56,008 bases of DNA from Bacteroidota bacterium (GTDB taxonomy: Bacteria; Bacteroidota; Bacteroidia; Bacteroidales; FEN-979). The DNA is taken from the NCBI GenBank assembly GCA_016868575.1, contig VGGL01000006.1, positions 1 to 56,008 of the forward strand, given 5' to 3'. The notes below the pieces were generated by a model. It saw nothing but the letters and a program-made list of their open reading frames with translations. It was not told where the DNA came from and did no database searches. Positions 50,775-56,008 of this stretch are shown here, piece after piece. The first letter of the stretch is position 1; the number at the start of each line of letters is the position of its first letter. The position numbers and the translations under genes were made by a program.

Positions 50775-51768
50775 GTTTTACCTCCTCTCCGAATTTTTTT
50801 GGCTTGAAGCCTTTGTTGATCAACGGCACAAAGGCATTCATGATGAGAATTGCGAAAGAAACACCTTCCGGATAGGCGGCCCAAATACGGATCAGGACGG
50901 TAAGCACCCCGCACCCGATGCCAAAGATGATCATCCCGGTGAAGCTCATGGGGGATGTCACCATGTCGGTTGCCATAAATATTGCTCCGAGCATGAGTCC
51001 GCCGGCCAGGAGGTGAAACACCGGATCTGCGTAAAGGTTTGGATCGATCAGGTACATGATCCCGGTAAAAACAAAAACAGTGAGTATGTATGTGACCGGG
51101 ATATGCCAGGTAATGATCCTCCGGAAGATCATGAACAAGCCGCCGATCAGGATGGCAAGTGCGGAAACTTCGCCAAGTGATCCTCCCATGTTTCCGATGA
51201 GCATGTTCAGGTAAGATGGAACTTCCGGCATCAGTTGGGAGATGGTTTCACCCTTTGCCAAACCTTCCTTGATAACACCGAGGGAGGTCGGGCCGGTCAA
51301 TGCATCTATCAGCACCCATCTGTTTGCTTCCGGCAGGGGCCAGGAAGTCATTGCTACCGGGAAAGAGATCAACAGGAACACCCGTCCAATAAGGGCAGGA
51401 TTGAAGGGGTTCTTACCCAGTCCGCCAAAGCTCATTTTGGCGATGGCGATAGCAACGATAGAGCCCACTGCGATCATCCACAATGGCAGGTTAGAGGGGA
51501 CATTGAGTGCCAGCAGTATTCCTGTGATCACAGCAGATCCGTCGCTGACGGTTGATTGTTCCTTGAGGATGAGTCGCTGGATCAGGTATTCGGTGATCAG
51601 GCAGGATAGGACTGCGACTGTGGTGATCAGGATGGCGCCAAGGCCAAAGTACCAGAATGAGACCAGCAGGGCAGGGATCAGCGCCAGGACGACTCCCCAC
51701 ATGATCTTTTGGACAGACTGATCCCCGTGGATATGCGGGGATCCGGACAAGACTAACCGTGTTGTCAT
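50767..51768 (-). CDS. rnfD: Rnf complex subunit D
   Basis: SPHIH, DGSAVITG, FGGLGKNPFNPAL, GSLGEVS, FMATDMVTSP, YPEGVSFAILIMN. Confidence 0.96.
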   Translation of the reverse strand: MTTRLVLSGSPHIHGDQSVQKIMWGVVLALIPALLVSFWYFGLGAILITTVAVLSCLITEYLIQRLILKEQSTVSDGSAVITGILLALNVPSNLPLWMIAVGSIVAIAIAKMSFGGLGKNPFNPALIGRVFLLISFPVAMTSWPLPEANRWVLIDALTGPTSLGVIKEGLAKGETISQLMPEVPSYLNMLIGNMGGSLGEVSALAILIGGLFMIFRRIITWHIPVTYILTVFVFTGIMYLIDPNLYADPVFHLLAGGLMLGAIFMATDMVTSPMSFTGMIIFGIGCGVLTVLIRIWAAYPEGVSFAILIMNAFVPLINKGFKPKKFGEEVKHG

Positions 51769-51778
51769 AGTATTACGA

Positions 51779-53113
51779 TTATTTTACGCGTGTTCTGATG
51801 AGGAAACCAACCTTGCTTTTGGCTTTGCGGATATGATCGAGCAGGGGTCTTCCTGCCGGGCAGGTAAAATGACATGAGCCACATTCGATGCAATCCATCA
51901 CTCTTTCTTTTTCGGCCATTTCTTCTTTTCCGATCTCCGATATCTGAGCGATGAGGTACGGATCAAGTCCCATCGGACAAACAGTGGTACACCGTGCACA
52001 ACGGATACAGTTTACAACCGGGGCTCTTCTTGCTTCATTTTCAGGCATGAGAAGGACGCCGGACATCCCTTTTACGACCGGAACATCCAGGTTATTCAAT
52101 GCTTTTCCCATCATGGGACCGCCATTGATCACTTTGCTCGCATCGGCAGGGAAACCGCCTGCTTCTTCAATCAGCATGGAGACTGGCGTTCCGATCCGTA
52201 CGAGCAGATTGGATGGATTTGAAACTGATTTCCCGGTTACTGTGATAACCCGGTCGATCAAGGGTTTGTTTTTTTGAACTGCCTCATATACAGCCACCGC
52301 TGTGCCCACATTCTGGACGACACAGCCAACATCAATCGGCAGCTTTCCGGAAGGCACTTCCCGGTTGATGATGGCTTTGATGAGTTGCTTTTCACCTCCC
52401 TGCGGGTATTTGACTTTGAGGGGCGCCACTTCGATCCGGTTGTTCCCATTCAGGAGGTTTGCCAGGTGGCTGATGGCGTCGGGCTTATTGTTTTCGATCC
52501 CGATATAAGCCTTGTCGACACCAAGGGCTTTCATCAGAATTCGGGTACCCACTAATAGCTCCTCTCCCCTTTCCAGCATGACCCGGTGGTCGGCCGTAAG
52601 GTACGGCTCACATTCCACAGCATTGATGATCAGGCAGTTTGCCTTTTTTCCTTCCGGTACCATGAGTTTCACATGGGTGGGAAAAGCGGCTCCACCGAGT
52701 CCGACGATACCGGATTCCTTGATTTTTTGGATGATTTCCTGCGCAGAAAGACCGATTTCGCTTTTCAAATCCGGTGTGCGATCAATTCCTTCCATCCATT
52801 CATCTCCCTGAACCTCAATGTGAATAGCTTTTTTCCGGTATCCAGAGATATCGGGGGCATCATCCACTTTGGTGACAGTGCCAGAGACCGGGGCATGGAT
52901 ATTGGCAGAGATGAACGCCTTGCCCTTTGCAATGAGTTGTCCCACTTGTATCTTATCCCCTTTATTGACGATGGGTTCCGAGGGTGGGCCCACGTTCTGA
53001 GATAGTTGAACAATGGCTATTGCAGGCAATTTGAGTGTCCGGATCGGGCTCTTTTCCGATCTTTTGTTCTCCTCGGGGTGAACACCTCCATGTTTGAAAG
53101 TCTTTAACAACAT
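51779..53113 (-). CDS. rnfC: Rnf complex subunit C
   Basis: GGVHP, GIVGLGGAAFPT, ECEPYLTAD, YPQGGEKQL, GGPMMG, CIRCARC..CP, CIECGSC..CP. ATG 53113. Confidence 0.96.
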   Translation of the reverse strand: MLLKTFKHGGVHPEENKRSEKSPIRTLKLPAIAIVQLSQNVGPPSEPIVNKGDKIQVGQLIAKGKAFISANIHAPVSGTVTKVDDAPDISGYRKKAIHIEVQGDEWMEGIDRTPDLKSEIGLSAQEIIQKIKESGIVGLGGAAFPTHVKLMVPEGKKANCLIINAVECEPYLTADHRVMLERGEELLVGTRILMKALGVDKAYIGIENNKPDAISHLANLLNGNNRIEVAPLKVKYPQGGEKQLIKAIINREVPSGKLPIDVGCVVQNVGTAVAVYEAVQKNKPLIDRVITVTGKSVSNPSNLLVRIGTPVSMLIEEAGGFPADASKVINGGPMMGKALNNLDVPVVKGMSGVLLMPENEARRAPVVNCIRCARCTTVCPMGLDPYLIAQISEIGKEEMAEKERVMDCIECGSCHFTCPAGRPLLDHIRKAKSKVGFLIRTRVK

Positions 53114-53141
53114 ATCTGATCCGTTGTATACCTTAATTATA

Positions 53142-54002
53142 TTATGCTTCCTGGGCTTCGGTTTGGGTAACCGGTTTTTTTCTTTCCGGGAAATTGACTT
53201 CAAGGATAGAATTTGTCGGACATACGGCAACACATTTTCTGCACAGAGTACATTTCTCGAAGTTGATGTATGCCAGGTTATTTTCAAGGGTAATGGCCTC
53301 AAATTTACATTCCTTGACGCACTTTCCGCAACCGATGCAGGCCACCTCACAATTCTTTTTAGCCACAGCGCCCTTTTCCTTATTGATGCAGGAGATGAAA
53401 ATCCTGCGGTTCTTGGGGCCTTTCTTTCTCAGTTCGATGATCTTTCTGGGGCAAGCCTTCACGCAGGCGCCACAGGCAACGCATTTATCTTCAATGATCA
53501 CCGGGAGTCCTGTTTCCTTATCCATATACATCGCATTGAAAGTACAAGCGATGACACAGTCTCCACCTCCCAGGCACCCGTAAGGACATCCATTTTCGCC
53601 GGAAGAGAGGGCATGCATGAAATAACAGGAAGTCAATCCGTCATAATCGACTTTCACCGGTGCAAGCTGATAGGTTCCATTACATCTTACGACGGCGATC
53701 ATCGGATCTTTTTCAACTGCTTCCTGGCCGATGATCGGGCCGATCAGCTTCAACAGGTCATTTCCACCCACAGGGCAGAACATATTGTCAAGCGATTCAT
53801 TCTTGACGATTATTTCTGCAAAATTCCGGCATCCGGCAAAGCCGCATCCGCCACAGTTTGCTGCGGGCAGGATGGCAGTAATTTCATCAATCCGGGGATC
53901 TTCAACTACATTGAACTTTTTGGCTATGTAGAAGAGGATGATGGCCGAGATCAAGCCCATCAGGCTTAATGACACAACAACATAAATGACAAGACTACTC
54001 AC
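53142..54002 (-). CDS. rnfB: Rnf complex subunit B (polyferredoxin)
   Basis: LPAANCGGCGFAGC, CPVGG, CPYGCLGGGDC and several CxxCxxCxxxC motifs. GTG start. Confidence 0.96.
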   Translation of the reverse strand: MSSLVIYVVVSLSLMGLISAIILFYIAKKFNVVEDPRIDEITAILPAANCGGCGFAGCRNFAEIIVKNESLDNMFCPVGGNDLLKLIGPIIGQEAVEKDPMIAVVRCNGTYQLAPVKVDYDGLTSCYFMHALSSGENGCPYGCLGGGDCVIACTFNAMYMDKETGLPVIIEDKCVACGACVKACPRKIIELRKKGPKNRRIFISCINKEKGAVAKKNCEVACIGCGKCVKECKFEAITLENNLAYINFEKCTLCRKCVAVCPTNSILEVNFPERKKPVTQTEAQEA

Positions 54003-54015
54003 AATGATAAGTGTT

Positions 54016-55566
54016 TTATTGATTATCAGGATACGCTTATTCCATTCCGGAGAGGTGTTTCAGATACTGAACACGATGGTATAAGACGGGATTTTCATGT
54101 GCTTTTACACTCATTTTACCCCGGAAGGCAGAGATCTGATTGAACTTATGGGCTTCCATCCACTGTGTCAATCCTTCCAGGATGATTCGTATCTGGTCAG
54201 CTCCGTGCAGATAAAGGGTTGAGCAAAGCTGGGTGGTTGTGGCTCCTGCAAGCAATTGCCTGATCACAGCCGGTGCGTCGTGGATCCCGGTGGAGGCAGA
54301 GATATCGCAGCGAACATCTCCGGCGATCATGGCAATCCAACGCAAGGGAATGTATTGTTCTTCGGGTTTGCTGAAGACATTTGCCACCTGAAGTTTCATG
54401 GTTTCCAGGTTGATATCGGGCGTAAAGAAACGGTTGAACAATACCAACGCCTGAATCCCCCTCCAGGAAAATTGTTTCAGGGTATGTACAATATTGCTGA
54501 AGTAATAACCCGTTTTAAGGGCAACAGGGATCTTAACTGTTTTCTTGATATTCTCGATAATCTCAAAATACATCTTTTCATGCTCCGCACCGCTGATATC
54601 AAGCTTTCCGGGCATAATGAATACGTTCAGTTCCAGTCCGTCAGCTCCTGCCTTTTCAATATCTTTGGCAATACTGATCCATTCGCTCATGGTGAAGCAG
54701 TTGATGCTTGCAATGGCAGGAATACTGACGTTTTTCTTCACTTCCCTGATCAGGTTCATATAATGGGAAACGGAGTTATCCTTCATGGTGCTTTTCACAT
54801 AATCGAAAGCTTCCTGGCTGAGGTTGTAAGTGTCCTCAAATTCGAGTGTTTTGTGAATATCAAACCGTATCTGTTCTTCGAAAATGGATTTCAGAACGAC
54901 TGCGCCTGCCCCTTTTTCTTCGAATTCCTTAATTTTGTCGGGTGAATTGGTAAGCCCTGAACTTCCGACAATGATTGGGTTTTTCAGGGTAAGTCCCATG
55001 TAGGAAGTAGAAAGATCAACCATAGGAGAAATTTTTTGCAAGATTACAAACAATTTTCATTTGTTACAAGCTTGGTCGATCCTATATTTATCCACTTAGA
55101 TCCAACCAAAACAGCGTCAATAAAAAAAGCAATCCCTTGAAAAATACACTGATATCCCATCCTGCAGAAGTTATTGAAACCGGAACCCATTTCATCCGGG
55201 TAAAAATCCTGTCCGTCTCAGCTTGTGGAAACTGCGTTTCCAGGAAAGGGTGCTCGATGGCTGAATCCCAGGATAAAGAGATGACTTTCAACCAATCGGA
55301 CGAAGGTTTTTCAAAAGGAGACCAGGTTGAAATAATCATGCGGGAATCGCAGGGTTTCCGGGCAGTGTTATTGTCCTATTTACTGCCATTCGTGTGGATG
55401 GGACTCGTTATCCTGATAACTGTCCTGCTCCATGCAAGCGAAGCCATCACCGGCCTTGCTGCATTGGCAAGTATTGGCGTTTACTATTTGGTGTTGTACC
55501 AATTCCGGCAACTGATCACCAATAAATTTGAATTTGAAGTCAGGAAGCCTTCAGAAACCTCAATAA
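54016..55566. other. Candidate inverted segment bounded by TTATTGA (54016-54022) and TCAATAA (55560-55566)
   Basis: Re-inverting across the 7 bp repeat joins rseC in frame to TCA ATA AAA CAC TTA TCA TTG TGA, whose stop overlaps the rnfB GTG. Confidence 0.45.
54037..55023 (-). CDS. Dihydroorotate dehydrogenase-like flavoprotein (DHOD-like subfamily)
   Basis: DLSTSYMGLTLKNPIIVGSS, GAVVLKSIFEEQI, IASIN, LELN, LVLFNRF, LRWIA, ASTGIH. ATG 55023. Confidence 0.9.
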   Translation of the reverse strand: MVDLSTSYMGLTLKNPIIVGSSGLTNSPDKIKEFEEKGAGAVVLKSIFEEQIRFDIHKTLEFEDTYNLSQEAFDYVKSTMKDNSVSHYMNLIREVKKNVSIPAIASINCFTMSEWISIAKDIEKAGADGLELNVFIMPGKLDISGAEHEKMYFEIIENIKKTVKIPVALKTGYYFSNIVHTLKQFSWRGIQALVLFNRFFTPDINLETMKLQVANVFSKPEEQYIPLRWIAMIAGDVRCDISASTGIHDAPAVIRQLLAGATTTQLCSTLYLHGADQIRIILEGLTQWMEAHKFNQISAFRGKMSVKAHENPVLYHRVQYLKHLSGME

Positions 55567-55586
55567 GTTGTCACACTTCCACGTAG
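55137..55586 (+). CDS. rseC: SoxR-reducing system RseC/MucC family protein
   Basis: SACGNC....GC, GDQV.I, AVLLSYLLP, two TM helices. TTG start. Confidence 0.88.
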   Translation: MKNTLISHPAEVIETGTHFIRVKILSVSACGNCVSRKGCSMAESQDKEMTFNQSDEGFSKGDQVEIIMRESQGFRAVLLSYLLPFVWMGLVILITVLLHASEAITGLAALASIGVYYLVLYQFRQLITNKFEFEVRKPSETSISCHTST

Positions 55587-55594
55587 TCTAGAAA

Positions 55595-56008
55595 CTAAAA
55601 GTTGCCCAGCAGAAATGACTTAAAGCTGGCGTATTCATTGGCCAAAGGTTCAGCATATTCTGTTTTGCCTTCCAGTCCTTTCAGGCTGGGTGGAAGTTCA
55701 GGATCGAAATGGAGGATGGTGTTGATTTCCTGCGGGAACTTGGCAGGGTGGGCGGTTTCCAGCGAGATGCAAAGCTGACCGGGTTGGTCTGCAGTGAGAT
55801 CCGATGCCAGGTATTTCATCAGTCCGGCCCAGCCGACAGCGCCATGGGGTTCCAGCAGCAACCGGTGGGTTTCCCATGCTTTCCTTATGGTTTCGCGGGT
55901 TTCCACATCAGAAATGCTAACCGCAAAAAGTTCTTTGCGCATCAATTCCAGGTCAGCCTGTTTGTGGATGATCCCTTGCTCATCCATCACCCCCCGGTAG
56001 AGGGCTAC
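55595..56008 (-). CDS. thrC: Threonine synthase, 3' part (5' end outside window)
   Basis: SISDVETRETI, LLEPHGAVG, LETAHPAKF. Confidence 0.88.
   Translation of the reverse strand, partial: VALYRGVMDEQGIIHKQADLELMRKELFAVSISDVETRETIRKAWETHRLLLEPHGAVGWAGLMKYLASDLTADQPGQLCISLETAHPAKFPQEINTILHFDPELPPSLKGLEGKTEYAEPLANEYASFKSFLLGNF

Noticed and set aside
51779-53350. Extended N-termini in the ORF track (rnfC, permease, DUF151, LpxR, PNP, GIN lipoprotein, PAP2, DHOD-like)
   Set aside because: The extensions overlap neighbouring genes or promoters. Downstream starts fit the family N-termini and signal peptides.

Overview
A 56 kb core-chromosome window from an anaerobic Bacteroidota (Bacteroidales-like) genome. 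The taxonomy rests on many TAnnTTTG -7 promoter elements, a eukaryote/archaeal-type ProRS and the rnfBCDGEA gene order. Housekeeping content: rnpB (RNase P RNA, absent from the ORF track), gyrB, dnaB, gcvP, a divergent membrane pyrophosphatase, nucleoside permease-thyA-folA, PNP, lpxK, proS, mazG, ahpC, thrH, a complete rnf operon and the 3' end of thrC. Several uncharacterised envelope modules are also present. I saw no transposase, integrase, phage gene, tRNA, rRNA or CRISPR array. Most notable signals: (1) A 1.55 kb cassette (DHOD-like gene <- -> rseC) bounded by a TTATTGA/TCAATAA inverted repeat. Flipping it puts rseC directly in front of rnfB with a GTGA stop/start overlap, so it is a candidate inversion controlling what leads the Rnf operon. 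(2) A switch in strand codon skew at about 33-37 kb with origin polarity, plus DnaA-box-like motifs at 25.9 and 29.6 kb. (3) A 6 kb zone (42.3-48.4 kb) with several deletion junctions and frameshifts, either real decay or an assembly artefact. (4) A long, divergent NDP-kinase-like protein. (5) Perfect Shine-Dalgarno motifs clustered at three rnf junctions. All skew and family calls are by eye, without database searches.
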